DNA from: Chiloscyllium plagiosum
Taxonomy: Eukaryota
NCBI RefSeq assembly: GCF_004010195.1
Contig: NC_057718.1
Span: 44,180,949-44,244,948 of the forward strand
Direction: 5' to 3'
Length of the DNA stretch: 64,000 nucleotides
Part shown: positions 51,001 through 64,000 of the stretch, one piece after another
Layout: every line of letters starts with the position of its first letter
Numbering within the stretch: position 1 is the first letter of the stretch
Notes under the pieces: model-generated
What the model saw: the letters and a program-made list of their open reading frames with translations, nothing else
Told to the model about the DNA's origin: nothing
The model's database searches: none
Position numbers and translations under genes: made by a program

Positions 51001-53301
51001 CATAATGAGACAGTATCTTTAATAGACACTGATATAGTGTGTATTATAGATAATGGTGAACTTGGAGAGAACCTGTAAAATTGCTCCAGTAACCCACACA
51101 TGCCATCACTACTCCTTTGCCCAATTGAGTATTGGGTGCTAATGGAATAGTATGTAATTATATAGTAACTGCACAGTCTTTGTTGTGTTTACTTGTGGCC
51201 AATGCAAACTCTCATTATTAATGGCTGAAGCAGATCATCCCAGTATCTAAGTGGCAACCACACAAATAGCCTTCACCCTCAATTGAAGATGGCACAGATG
51301 ACAGGGGCACAAATAAAATACAGTGGCTGTAACCTCAAAGCAGGCACAGAATGCATTTTCCAGAATAACTGTGCTTTCCATCTTTGACATCAGGATTTGA
51401 GGAATCACTTTGTTCAAGCTTGTAAGATTTGATAAATTCAAAATTATGTAGGACAACCACGGGAATGAAGTTCAGCCCAGTAAAAGAGAAAAAGGAAATG
51501 ATACTATGCCTTTCTCATGCAAAGAGTTATCAATAAATAAAATAGACCTCTGAACATAGTAGTGAAGGTAAAAATGCTGAAATCATGTAAGCAACAATTG
51601 ATTGCTGTATTGGGAAGAATTTGAGTGTCTTTTTGAATGGATGAACACAAATGGGACAAATAGCCTTAACTGTGACAGAGTGAATTGTCCTTTGGGTCAT
51701 GTAGGCCATGACATTGTGTTTTCTCACTCGGATGGCCACAGGGATACTATTAGTTATTCTTGGACTTTGAGTATCTCAACAATGCAGTGACATTGGTCAG
51801 CTGCCTCATACAGTTGTTATTATTCAGCGAGAGAGAGGAGATGCCTGTAACTTGTTTGATATTCTATATAGAGGCCAAATGCTTGATATAACAGATGCCT
51901 CTGTGCTGAATAGAATCAGAAGCTTAAAAACTAAGGGAATGGGATGACCTTGATTGGCACTTGCAGTTCTACCTCTGTGGCAAAAGTTGTCTGCATTCTT
52001 TGATATGGTGTAACTCTAAAACTGTCTGAGTATTGGGATAGAGTCTGTGGAGATACTTCATCTCAGTCTAGGCAAGGTATGTATGTCAAAGCATGCACAT
52101 AATACTGATATAATAATTGTGGGCACAAGAACTTTGGAATATGGCAGAAACTGATCACCTTGCTGTGCCTTATTTGCACTTTTTCACTTGCCACTTTTCA
52201 AACATTATTCCGTGAAAACAACTTATTGTAAAATTAGTGGATGCCCATAAACATTTGTGGTGAAATGAGTATCTCTCTAAAAATGGTACTTCTTTAAATC
52301 CCCGTCACAGGCTAATCCATCCTTCTATGCTATTCTTCTCATTCTATACCTGTCAGTGACTATCATCTAAATCAAATAATTTTCATCCTACTGTTTCTCT
52401 CCATGCCCTACCTTAACCCGATCCCACATTCCACAACTCTCCCCCAGGACATTTTTGTTCCTCTCCTGGCAGTTCCATGCCATATTCCCTTCCCTCCTTC
52501 CCATGTTATCTCCCTATCTCATGTTGTCCCCTTTTGTCTCTTATCCTTATGCTGTATCCCATTCCCATAGTTGCCCTCATCTTGTGCTGTACCTACGTTT
52601 CCTTGCACCAATTATTATCATCAATAGCTCAGTAAACATACCAGGGTGTGGCAAGGGATGGAGGCAAGAATATGAGGCCAGGGAATGTGTGGACTCACTG
52701 CCAATAACTAGACTTGGAGTGTGTAGGGGTGAGGGGAGATCAATGAGGCTAGAGAGCAGCAGTTGCAGGGACCAGGGGCCTAAAAGCAAGGAACATGCAT
52801 GAGATGCCAAATCAAACCATCAAGCAAACAGAAAATCTGGACAGGCAGAATCCGTGTCTTATTGCTTTACATTATCATTATCTTAAAAAGAAGCTGTGGC
52901 CTTTCAATAGATTCTGATACTGTATTACAAGCAAAATGTTTGTTCTTAATGGCCACGTTGAATGGGCAGACTTAATGCACAAGGTACTGCGACCCAAAAT
53001 TTGTAAAATTGACCATTGACTGTTAATACTTCTTTTAAGTGAACTTAGTATTCATTCCAAAGCTTTTGCACATTCTGTGTGAGGCCTGTATCAACTGGCA
53101 GTCATAAAATAATAAGATGCACTTAGAAGTACATTACAATGGAACAATTTTCTGGCATCTACTGGAGATTAGTGTCAGTAGGATCATTGTAGTAGCTCAG
53201 AATTTGATCTAGACACATGATAAAAATATACAAGCATCTGAGGGTTGTTTATATTTTGGTTCTTAGATTTTAGTTGATTTAGATATGATATTTTGTCATA
53301 A

Positions 53302-53464
53302 GTGGTTGTGGAGCTGGTGAACGAACATACATAAAGACGGTGGAAGTATCAAGTCAATATCAACAGCCTCCTGTCCTAACAACAGTTAGTTTAGCAGTTG
53401 TGAAAGTCAAATGGCTTCTGCCTGAAAAGCTTAATGGAATTATCACAAATTAAACTATTTACAG
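53302..53464 (+). pseudogene. Usherin-like exon remnant (about human exon 60)
   Basis: 163 nt: GGCGAGERTYIKTVEVSSQYQQPPVLTTVSLAVVKVKWLLPEKLNGIITN*TIYR|gtaaaa versus human GSCGVSSRMFVKTPEAAPMDLNSPVLKALGSACIEIKWMPPEKPNGIIINYFIYR. Acceptor is AA instead of AG; TAA at 53451. Confidence 0.9.
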
Positions 53465-53621
53465 GTAAAAGTTTAACATGGTCATCGTTTTACTTTCATT
53501 GATATACTTTGCCCTAGAAGTTCCATTGCACTGTGTAAAATGGTTGCTTGCATGACAACCCCTGTCCACGATGCCTTCCCACAGAGGAGAGAGTGTGCAA
53601 GGTCAGCAATGCCTTTCCAAT

Positions 53622-54705
53622 CAGTTCTGAGGAATAGGATTTATGACTATTTGGCAAAGCATAGTGTGATTAAAGACAGTCAGCATGGCTTTGTGAGGGA
53701 CAAGTCATGCTTCACAAATCTTATTGAGTTCTTTGAGGAAGTGTCAAGACAGGTTGCGACGGTCGAGCAATGGATGTGGTGTATATGGACTTCAGCAAGG
53801 CATTTGATAGGGTTCCCCATGGTAGGCTCATTCATAAAGTCGGGAAGTATGGGATACAGGGAGACTGGTATCTGGATTCAGAATTGGCTGGCTGACAGAA
53901 GACAGAGAGTGGTTGTGGATGGAAAGTATTCTGCCTAGAGGTCAGTGTTGAGTGGGGTCCCACAGGGCTCTGTTCTTGGGGCTCTGCTCTTTGTAGTTTT
54001 TACAAATGACTTGGATGAGGAGGTTGAGGGGTGGGTTAGTAATTTAGCAGATGACACAAAGGTTAGAGGTGCTGTCGATATTATAGAGGGCTACTGCAGG
54101 CTGCAGCGTGACATAGATAGGATGCAGAGCTGGGCTGAGAAATGGCAGATGGAGTTCAACCTTGATAAATGTGAAATCATGCATTTTGGAAGGTTGAACT
54201 CAAAAGATGAATATAGGATTAAAGACAGGATTCATAGCAGTGTGGAAGAACAGAGTGATCTGTGTGTTCAAGTACATAGATTCCTCAAAGTTGCCACCCA
54301 AGTGGATAGGGTTATTAAGAAAGCATATGGTGTTTTGGCTTTCATTAACAGGAGGATCGAGTTTAAAAGCGTGAGGTTTTGCTGCAGCTCTACAAATCCC
54401 TGGTGAGACCACACTTGGAATATTGTGTCCAGTTCTGGTGGCCCTACTATAGGAAAGATACAGAGGCTTTGGAGAGGGTGCAAAGAAGGTTTACCAGGAT
54501 GCTGCCTGGACTGGAGGGCTTGCCTTATGAAGAAAAAGCTCAGACTTTTCTCTCTGGAGTAAAGGAGGAAGAGAGGAGACCTGATTGAGATATACAAAAT
54601 AATGAGAGGAATAGATAGAGTCAATAGCCATAGACTAGTCAATCCAGGGCAGGATTGACTGGTACAAGAAGTCATAGTTTGAAGATATTAGGAGGAATGT
54701 ATAAA
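53622..54705 (+). mobile_element. CR1 LINE RT fragment
   Basis: [39 protein letters not shown] and [13 protein letters not shown] motifs; several frameshifts. Confidence 0.95.
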
Positions 54706-56552
54706 GTTGAACTTGTCTGAAGCAGTGGGTGGCAAGCACCTTCAGGAGGCCAGATCTATCTGCCTATTGCATTGATAAAGCAGGTGGCAGCCATGTTCAG
54801 AGCTGCTGCCTTAGCTTTGCCAATTAGAGTAGGTGAATCATTGGAAAGTCAGGAGGTCACATGCAGCAGTAAGTGACCATTCATACAAGATCACCAGTGG
54901 TGTTGTTGGCAATACTTGACCTCTCAGATTTACTTGCAAAGTAACTCCAGTTGTGCTCAAGGTTCACCACAAGAAATTTGAAAATTCCAATCCTGAACAT
55001 ATTAGTCCCTTAACAAACCTCTTCAGGAGCTTAAGCAGTAATTGGCATTTCCCACTCCATCTGTTGCCAGCTCTTCGAAAATTCAAAACAAATGTGGCGT
55101 TGGGATCCATCGACAACTTCAATGTCTAAAGACCATCTACACAGGGTTCCAGTCTTGAGTGTCTTTGAAAATTCGCTCGATATCTTTTTTCTTCCTTACT
55201 TTCTTGTTCTCCAATAATTTCTTTGTGCTTTTCTGTTCACTTCTGTTCTTCTTGCTTTTAGAAATGAACAGAAAGCTTTTAAACACAAAACTGACCCTAA
55301 AACTTAACAGTACAGAAATGTTTATATGTGTGACAAATCCTTCTTTGCTACTATCAGCACAAACACACAATGCAAAATCATTTTCAAACGAGGTAGCACC
55401 AATATGTCACCTGAAATAATCTTCTTTACTCCTCCATCTATTAAAGGCATGTGCTAGGAAATGGAACTAACCTGCCAGCAAGTATCCCAGTTCTGTCATT
55501 ATAAACATCTGTTTTGTCACTGTCATCAGCGAAAGATTTAATATTGTGGTTGTTTCAATGACTCTAAACTCCAACTAAAATCACTGGCAAGTGATTCATT
55601 GTGATATTGCCCAATATAACATTTGTATCTAGTGCCCCAGTGCAGCATTTTCATTACACTTTAAATAAAATCAGTTCTCTATCTCTGTCAATCAGCAACA
55701 TTCTGCTGTACACAGAGGAATCCAACAATCTACAATTATGATTTTGATTTGATTGTGTCATTTGAACAGAAGGTTTATTACTTTCGACTCGGTTCGGCAG
55801 AATGCCTACTATCCACCCTTTTCTAACTGTGCCTCGAATAAGTAACTACATTCCAAGCAGAAATGTTCCCTATTTTTAGCAAGTGTCACATTTTAATGGG
55901 AACCAGTGTCCCACTGTGGCAAAAGATTGCTTTAGTCTCTGTCTTCCTATTAAACAGATTCTGAAGAATACATGGGGAATAAATCCTTTCCTTAGCAAAT
56001 GCTCCATTTAAATTAACATCCTTATTAAAAAAGAATTAATTAAATGCCGTACTCTGCTGTATTCTCCACTGTCTTTCACCATAATAAAAGTTATTTATCC
56101 AAGTAAAATAAAGTAGGACATCTGTGCTGGTTAATGTTTATGAAGGGGTTTATAAAACAAGCCAAATCCGACAAGCAGTAAGCAATGTTAATGAAACTGC
56201 TCATCATGGCAAGTTATAGGAGGGTGTTCATAGCCTTATCTTGTAGAAGTCACTATCAATCCTATATTCTTTTCTAAACTGTTTCTAACTCTTTTAAAAT
56301 GATGACAGAGTTAGCTTAAAGGAGTTTCACTGTAACTACTGCTGAAACTACTGGCTACAAAGATTGAATAAAAGGAACCCAAAATAAATCAATTTGAGGG
56401 AAGTCAAGATGTTCAGAAGTCTCTGTTTCAAAAGATCACTTGCTTATTTTTTTTTTAATTGGACTTTCAATATATTTTCCAGTCTATCGAAATTGTGAGC
56501 TGTTCTTCGTAATTTTTAGACACCAACTTCCTGTCTAAATCAAGAACAAGTG

Positions 56553-57135
56553 GAGTCATAGAGCTGTACCGCACAGAAACAGACCATTCAGTCCAACTTG
56601 TCCATGCCAACCAGATATCCTAAATTAGTCTAGTCCCATTTGCCAGCATTTGGACATTATCTCTCTCAACCCTTCCTATTCATACAACTATCCAAATGCA
56701 TTTAAATGTTGTAATTGTACCAGCCTCTGCCACTTTCACTGCAGCTCATTCCACACACAACACCACCCTCAGTGTGAAACAGTTGTCCCTTAGGTCCCTT
56801 TTAAATTTTACCCTCTCACATTAAACCTATGCCCTCTAGTTTTGGGCTCCCCTCCCTGTGAAAAAGACCTTGGCTATTCACCCTATCCATGTCCCAATGT
56901 CTATAAGGTCATCACTCCGCCTCTGAAGCTCCAGAGAAAATAGCCCCATGCTACTAAGTCTCTCCTTATAGCTCAAATCCTCTAACCTTGGCACCATCCT
57001 TGTAAATCTTTTCTGAACCCTTTCAAGTTTAACAACATCTTTCCTATAGCAGGGAGACCAGAATTGAATGCAGTATTCCAAAACTGGCCTAACTACCGCC
57101 CTGTACAGCTGCAACATGACCTCCCAACTCCTACA
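56553..57135 (-). mobile_element. CR1 LINE 3' fragment
   Basis: LQLYRAVVRPVLEYCIQFWSPCYRKDVVKLERVQKRFTRM plus HER1-type 3' UTR. Confidence 0.9.
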
Positions 57136-58479
57136 CAGTTGAAAAGAAAACCAGGAACAGTGGCTGAGAAATTAATTTTGCCTCATTTATGAGATAATAG
57201 CCCACAATATAGTTGTGGGTCTTTTAAGGAGATGGCTTAACTCCAATAGTATCTCCAAGAATTATTGGTTTGGCTGCAGGAGAAAGCAATAAACTAAGTG
57301 GGGCTGCCCTAGCAACAAGACAAATTTCCACTGGTGGTCCTTACAAAAAGGAATCTATTGTCTACGTTAGGGAACACCAAGGATGCTAAAATATTGCCCA
57401 TCCCAAAATGATATTGAGATGTCCTTAATCATGGGAGGCATAGATGAATGGGCACAATAAGTTCACCTTCTATCCCAAATGTCACAGACACCAGTTGCTA
57501 AAGACAAAAACTTTTTACAAGAATATGAGCCATGAGTACAGCCAAACTCTTTAATGTAGGAGTTATAGTGTCAGTATGTGAGTATTATTATAACCAGTAA
57601 ATATGCCTTACTCATCCTGTCCTCACCAGCCATTGCTGGATGTATGGTATTGTGGGGAACCTTTAACATTGCATGATGGGAAAAAAATGACCAAACTCTC
57701 GAGTTATAGATCAGTAAGTTAAAAAGGACTGTGGAAAAAGGTCAGAGATAGTAAACATTACACAGGCTGAAAGCACACAAAATCTTTAACCTTGTAACAG
57801 CTCCTTGTATATTTTGAACTGCAGATTTTTGCCTAAACAAAATTTCCATACACAGAAACAAAGTTATGTAATGATGTGAATGATTGATGTATTGGAAAAC
57901 CAATAAGGCAAAGTTTAGTGTTATGTATTATAAATATTTCATGATTATTTGTCATTTCTCAGCATATTTTAAAGTATATAATCCTTTCTTTTGTAAAGGC
58001 GGGAACAATGTGGAGAGTTTGGGATCCTTTGGTTTCTCCCTCTCTTATGTTTTTTTTAGCTGAAGAACTGAATGCTGTGGTTTGTTTAATAAAGACTGAA
58101 TATGTTTCAGTTCAAGGTTTTTGAATCTTTATCTAAGTGTTGAGTTTCTTCTACAAATCCCTGCTAATTAAAATCCGATTCAACATATGCACTGCCAAAC
58201 TTTTTTTGTGTTATGGAGCTGTGGCAGACTCTTAATTTCTGACAGGACTACACAGGACAGACCTTTCCCAGTGGTTACCTATACCTGTGATAAATTGTAG
58301 CCAATTATGTCCACTGACTGGGAAATTTTAGTTGAACAATGTTAGGTTCAAGGGGAATGGGTGGACATATGTCTCAGCATGATATTCTAGCATCTGAAAG
58401 TCAAAATCTAGGCCACTAGATTCCTCTTTCCAATTTAGACTTGGTGAAAAACAATCTCTCTTTGAAATTAAAGTGAGTG

Positions 58480-59790
58480 AGCAGGGTCAGCTGAAGAGAG
58501 AGCAAAGAGAGATGAGCAGCTGACAAATGCAGTCTATCATGTGGAGTGAGAGAGAAAGGAAGACGATGAAAGGTGTGGGAGAAATGCATGCAACATCCTC
58601 TGCAGCATTTCCACTCAGCATGGCTGAGGCTTCTCCATACCTGCGTGTCAGCTCCAGGACCTGTTGTTTACTATTTATGCAGGAGGCCTCAAGATCTGCC
58701 CAATTCCTCATTTGATGTAGTATTTCTCAAGGAAAGAAAAAAAGGAAGGAAAAAGGCAAGGAAGGATTGAGATGAATTGAACTAGATAGAGTAGTGTGGA
58801 AATTTGGGAAATGCTCACATGTTGTTTTTAATGAGGGATTTTTGTTAATAAAATTGAGTTGAACCTCAAATCGAAACCTGTGTCCCTTTATTTGTCTTAC
58901 CGACAAGAGCACTTGGGTAAAGTGTTTTTAATACATAAACTGGTCAAAGTGGCCAAAGCACAAACAACAGGAGAGCCTCCTAACTCTGAATACACTGAGT
59001 AGCTGATTGACCATTTTCAAGTCCCTGGATAGATACTGAAGGCTGCCATTGACTTACTGTGTCAGGACCCCTGACTGAAGGTTGCCTCCCTTGAATTGAA
59101 TGAAGATGACTGACTGCCATGAGAATCTTCCTGGCATTGCGATGCGCTAAGCAGTACAGCAGTACAGAAATAGCATCAGCCTGGTATCTCTGTCTGAGAC
59201 GCCAAAGCACAAAGAGTAAAGACATGAAATGCATGCCAGGGAAACTTGGAGCATCCAGATAGTTTCAGAATCAGTGGGCACTATGAGAACAAGCAAACAG
59301 ATTGGAGGTGCAGCCTTGGTCAGACAATGAACTTGGTGCATGACCCTGCACAGCATCCTTGCAGCCACATTGCAATGATGTTTGGCATGAAGTGCAGAAA
59401 TATCCTGTAAGTGGATTGGAAATATACCACGAGGATCCTTAGAGCTTGGCACATGCCATTGCTGATAGAGTGTGCCTTGAGATGTTGGTGCCTAGTGTCC
59501 AACATTGGAGGTCCTTTGGAGCAAACAGCAAGCTGAAGTTACCAGGTACCTGCTATCAGTTCCAGGTTGAAATTTCTTGTTGAGCTTGTGCAACACATTT
59601 GGTAAGATAGGAAGCTGAATATCAGTGAGGCAAACTGTGGCATTACAAAAGTATTTAACAAGCTATTAATTGGCAACTCACTGCTGCCGAGTGAGAAATT
59701 TGCCTTGTCATTTAGCAAATGCATGAAAGATATAGAGAGTTGCTGCAGGTCTCAAGATATGCCTCACTGGACTTTTTGCACAATTCTGCC
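58480..59790. mobile_element. Probable Harbinger-type relic (terminus similar to 41700-41858)
   Basis: Right end CTGGACTTTTTGCACAATTCTGCC resembles CTGGATGTTTTGCACAGTTCTGCC at about 41835-41857. No clear protein motif recognised. Confidence 0.35.
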
Positions 59791-62092
59791 ACAAATCTTT
59801 CCATAACACACATTGCTCAGACCCTGTAAGATGCTCTTTAAAACACCTAAAGAGAATCCACAGATGTGAGTTCGCAGAATTAACTGTAGTAAGCATGTTC
59901 ATATCTCATTCTTATCAGAACAAGGATCTTCTATTCTCTTCAATTTTCTACATTCTATTTCTCCTCGACACATCATTTTGTAATTCAGTTCTTTTCAATT
60001 TTGTGTTCTGAAAAGCAACAAGACAATGTGTAAGATTCCTAATGATCAAAAAAAAGCTGATGTCTTGGTTGACAAAAGGCCATTGGTTCCTTAAAGTCTG
60101 ATCTCTCCACTGTCCTAAGCCTCCCACTAAAACTTTTAATTTCTTTTTGAACGTCCCTAAAGTTTCTGCCTTTATTATGCTGCCTGGTAGATTGGGTGAT
60201 TATATAATCACTGAGTAAAGAAGTTCCTCGTTTCTATAATTAAGATATTTTTCACTAACTTTAAATTATGCCTTTTTTTGCTGCTTTCCTGACTCATATT
60301 GAAGTATTGCTCTGATCCTACATTATCTGTCTATTCAATATTTTGCATGCTAGGTTTTTGAATTAATTCCCTAACCTGGTACATGCTCTGCAAACTCAGT
60401 GTTGAAATATCCCTCTTCTCTGCATCTTTCAGAGAGCTATTGTATAGTTTTTGGACCGTGGTGAACACACTTAAAAATGTAAATTTGCCTATTACAAAAC
60501 AATAATTATTACTGCACCTTTCATATCACAGCCACTGAATTACTTAATGGAAGTGCAGTTGTTGTTAACAGCAGCTAATTTGAACTCAAAAGGGTTCTCT
60601 TTTTCTTAGTTTCATAAGGTACAATGCCCTGGGAGGGCATTAGCAATAATGAACTTCAAATGAACTGGTCCATGATTACGCTTGGCAAAGTATTGCGACG
60701 GTTTGTACTGTCTTCTGTAGTCTAGCTGATTGAAAAACCTTTATCGTCCATAATTTGGTGTATAGAATGGTATTACAGGTGGATATTCAGCCTGTTTGGC
60801 CCCATTATGAACAAAGCTTCAATAGCCACCTTGCCCTGATGGCTGCCACTGCACCTCAATACCTCAATCAACAGGGCTCTACAAAGACAGAAAGAACGAT
60901 GAGTGAACTGTTGTAATACATCAGTCAGGTAATTCAATTACAGAAACATTAAACATGAAAGTAGAAAAAGGTGTACACAAGAGAGAACTTTATGATATCT
61001 GCAGCTGTTCTTTTAGACTTGTATTGTTTACAGCCCATTCACTCTGAGTATACCAAAGTTAAATAAGTTTGTTCCTCCCTTTACTGATTTCCTTTTTCCT
61101 TTTCCTCCATTCATTTTCATTAACAATTGTGAATCTTAAACCTTGAATAATCATTTACCATTTTGTTTTGATGAGCTATTTGCTAAGAACTTGATAGATA
61201 TCGAAATCAAATCAAGTACATGTTTCCAACTCATTCTACATAGATTCGAGCTCAAACGTCACCTTTCATGTCCAGCCCCATGATTATTGCTATTTCCATA
61301 GCATGCAATGCTCTTTTAACTAGTGCTCTCACCACATCATCAAATCCACTCTTTCTACTTTGGGCAAGCATATATTTAGTCATGATTTTGCTGTACCACA
61401 GCAAAGATTCACTTTGTTTCAAGCTGAACCGGTGTTCTGTTCTTTTTTGTCTTTGACACATCTGATGGTTTAAAAATAACTTGTTTCCTTCTTCAAGAAC
61501 TGAAACTCAAACAACACTTGAATATCAGTGTACCTCTAAATCCCACATCTTTCATAAACTTCAAATCTTATTTCTTCTACTAATCATCCCTTGATGGATT
61601 TTCACTGCTCCCTTTGATCTTTCCCTCCATGACCCTGAACAATCTGTCCACAGCAGCGGATTCCATTTAATCCCACTATATCGCCACCTAAATAAGGTCT
61701 AGATGCACCTTTATGTCAAATTCTCCTTGCCTTTGACTTTGTGCCTTCTTTTTTTTGGGGGGTCACCATCATGTACCCTGCAGTCTTCATTTAATGGTCC
61801 CTTACCTGCTTTACTCTACTTCTAAAATAGCAAACAGCTTTGGGGTTTCTTCATTCTCCTCACACATTCCATCTCCCTCTGAACTTGCAATGCTGCAGTC
61901 CCTCATCTCTAACTGAGACATCACCATTATACTTGATAACAACAGGGGCATTGAAGCTCTCATCTCTAATCTGGTAAGATCAGATACCACAGGTAGAATT
62001 TAATGTTCCTCCTAGGAATTGGCTGGGAGACATATAGTTGGAAGGCTTGGGGTGGAGACTTCTTCTTCCCACCTCCGTCCTCTTAAAACAAA

Positions 62093-62816
62093 CTGCGCCC
62101 ACACCTCCTCCCTCACCTCCATCCAAGGCCCTAAAGGAGCCTTCCACATCCATCAAAGTTCTACCTGCACATCCACCAATATCATTTATTGTATCCGTTG
62201 CTCTCGATGCAGTCTCCTCTACATTAGGGAGACTGGACGCCTCCTTGCAGAGCGCTTTAGGGAACATCTCTGGGACACCCGCACCAATCAACCACACCGC
62301 CCTGTGGACCAACATTTCAACTCTCCCTCCCACTCTGCCGAGGACATGAAGGTCCTGGGCCTCCTTCACCGCCGCTCCCTGGAGGAAGAACGCCTCATCT
62401 TCTGCCTCGGAACACTTCAACCCCAGGGCATCAATGTGGACTTCAACCGTTTCCTCATTTCCCCTTGCCCCACCTCACCCCAGTTCCAAATCTCCAGCTC
62501 AGCACTGTCACTATGACTTGTCCAGCTGCCTATCTTCTTTTCCACCTATCCACTCCACCCCCCTCCCCCCTGACTCATCACCTTCATCCCCTTCCACACT
62601 CACCTATTGTACTCTATGCTACTTTCTCCCCACCCCCATCCTACTCTCATTTATCTCTCCACCCTTCAGGTTCTCTGCCTGTATTCCTGATGAAGGGCTT
62701 TTGCCCGAAACATCAATTTTACTGCTCCCTCAGATGCTGCCAAAGCTGCTATGCTTTTCCAGCACCACTCTAATCTAGACTCTGCTTTCCAGCATCTGCA
62801 GTCATTGTTTTTACCT
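62093..62816 (+). mobile_element. Penelope-like (Neptune-type) element 3' portion: GIY-YIG endonuclease plus terminal repeat
   Basis: TCTSTNIIYCIRCSRCSLLYIRETGRLLAERFREHL...QHFNSPSHS...EEERLIFCLGTLQPQGINVDF, then a pyrimidine tract and the terminus. Confidence 0.92.
62683..62717 (+). ncRNA. Minimal hammerhead ribozyme motif in a Penelope terminus (CpG-decayed)
   Basis: AUUC-CUGAUGA-A-GGGC uuuu GCCC-GAA-ACAU-C-AAU. Perfect stem II; the expected ACGU-C-GA has two CpG-type changes. Confidence 0.6.
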
Positions 62817-64000
62817 ACATTGGGGAATCGCCCAGTGGAACCTCCAATTTCCAGGTAATTCCTGTAAAGAATGCTACGTCAGGTATTCTGCAGGGTCCTA
62901 ATATACATTATCCTTTCTACACTGTAGAAATTACTATCAGCCATTGGAAAATCCAAACCATAACATCTTAGCATCTTTCCTCATGTGATGTCATATTTAC
63001 CACTGAGTTTGCTGAATCTTGTGAACAGTTTGGGGTATCCATTCTCAAAAGGAACTGTTACACCTTTGCTGTTCCAATTCTTCAACCTTTTGAACAAGTT
63101 TGAGGACAAAACACATTTTCTTACTCAAGATTAAGCTTTTTTTGTTTAAGAATTACATGTGCATTCTCTACTTTGTGAAACAATCAATGTTACTTTGCTA
63201 TCTATCGCATACCATTCATGTTGAAAGTTCTACCTCCTGCACTCTGCTTCAAGTCTGCAGGCTATGATGTCTACTCCTTTATCTGTGGCATTTGGTTTGC
63301 TAGGGAATTGAAACTCATGCCTGTACCAAGCTTAAAATTTGTGAAATGTTCATTGACAAAATAAACTTGATCAAACTTGGGTCAATTGACTCACCAAATT
63401 TACCTTGGAATCCCCTAGCACCTTTCCAATAATAGAAGCTTTAGCTCATTAACACCTTTGTACGAGTAAGCCTTTGGCTTTCCACTACTTGGAAACTATG
63501 TCTTCCTTACTGTTACGATCATTGTTAAAATTAACTATCAATGTTTAACTTTCACCATTTATCTTGAATACATGAGATTTTATAAAGGACACTTCGGACC
63601 TAAAATGGCTGCAGTGATCTCTTGATAAGTCCACGCAACCACCATGCAATTTACAAGATCACTTGCCTCAGAAGAACCATTTTAATCATGGAGCATTAAA
63701 ACTCTGAAATATAGTACATATTTTATGTTTTACTCACAGTTGTATGATAACTGTACAAAAAAAAGATTAAAAATTGCCTGCAACTGTCCAGCTTGAAATG
63801 AAACAATCATCAGATACGAAAATTTGCAAAGGAACTGTATAACAGCACCCTGAGAGGGAGAACTTAATATGGACTAATAACAGCAGGGATACTGAAAACT
63901 CTTTTCTCTCTCTCTCTTAATCACAGAAACCAACGCTAGTTAAAAAACAACCCAGAAACATCATTGTTCACTGAGGACTGAAATCTGTACTTTGTCACTG

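Larger units (their letters stand above)
759..53464 (+). pseudogene. USH2A: Usherin (USH2A)-family unprocessed pseudogene, eight FN3-coding exon remnants (extends beyond the window)
   Basis: Eight colinear + strand segments translate to consecutive usherin FN3 repeats. Sizes are 154/199/108/184/155-156/157/163 nt versus recalled human exons 54-60 of 155/199/108/184/158/159/163 nt, with matching intron phases. Multiple disabling lesions. Orthology versus paralogy is not determined. Confidence 0.9.

Noticed and set aside
51370..51430. FDIRI and VQACK peptides as a candidate usherin exon 59
   Set aside because: The peptides are in different frames with no matching splice sites; 48856-49012 fits far better in size and sequence.
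61980..62778. Overlapping ORFs as a host gene
   Set aside because: Alternative frames of the Penelope GIY-YIG fragment and its pyrimidine tract.
53465..64000. Search for the next usherin exon (about human exon 61, 355 nt)
   Set aside because: No convincing match by eye, including 58240-58330; probably beyond the window or too decayed.

Overview
This is repeat-rich vertebrate genomic DNA, most likely from a shark or other elasmobranch (inferred from HE1-type V-SINEs and HER1/CR1-type LINEs). It contains no intact protein-coding gene. The main hidden structure is a run of eight colinear + strand exon remnants (759-53464) that match consecutive fibronectin type-III exons of usherin (USH2A, about human exons 53-60, from my recollection of the human gene). 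Six of the eight exons carry stop codons, frameshifts, broken splice sites or a LINE insertion, so this is a decayed, unprocessed usherin-family pseudogene. It is either a lost USH2A paralog or a loss of the long USH2A isoform. The introns hold many CR1 LINE fragments, HE1 SINEs, an older CR1/L2-like LINE with a partner SINE, a solo LTR and PIF/Harbinger transposon relics. They also hold at least six Penelope-like families whose termini carry minimal hammerhead-ribozyme motifs, often as inverted pairs. One assembly gap lies at 23058-23635. All homology calls come from manual translation and recalled family motifs; no database search was run.
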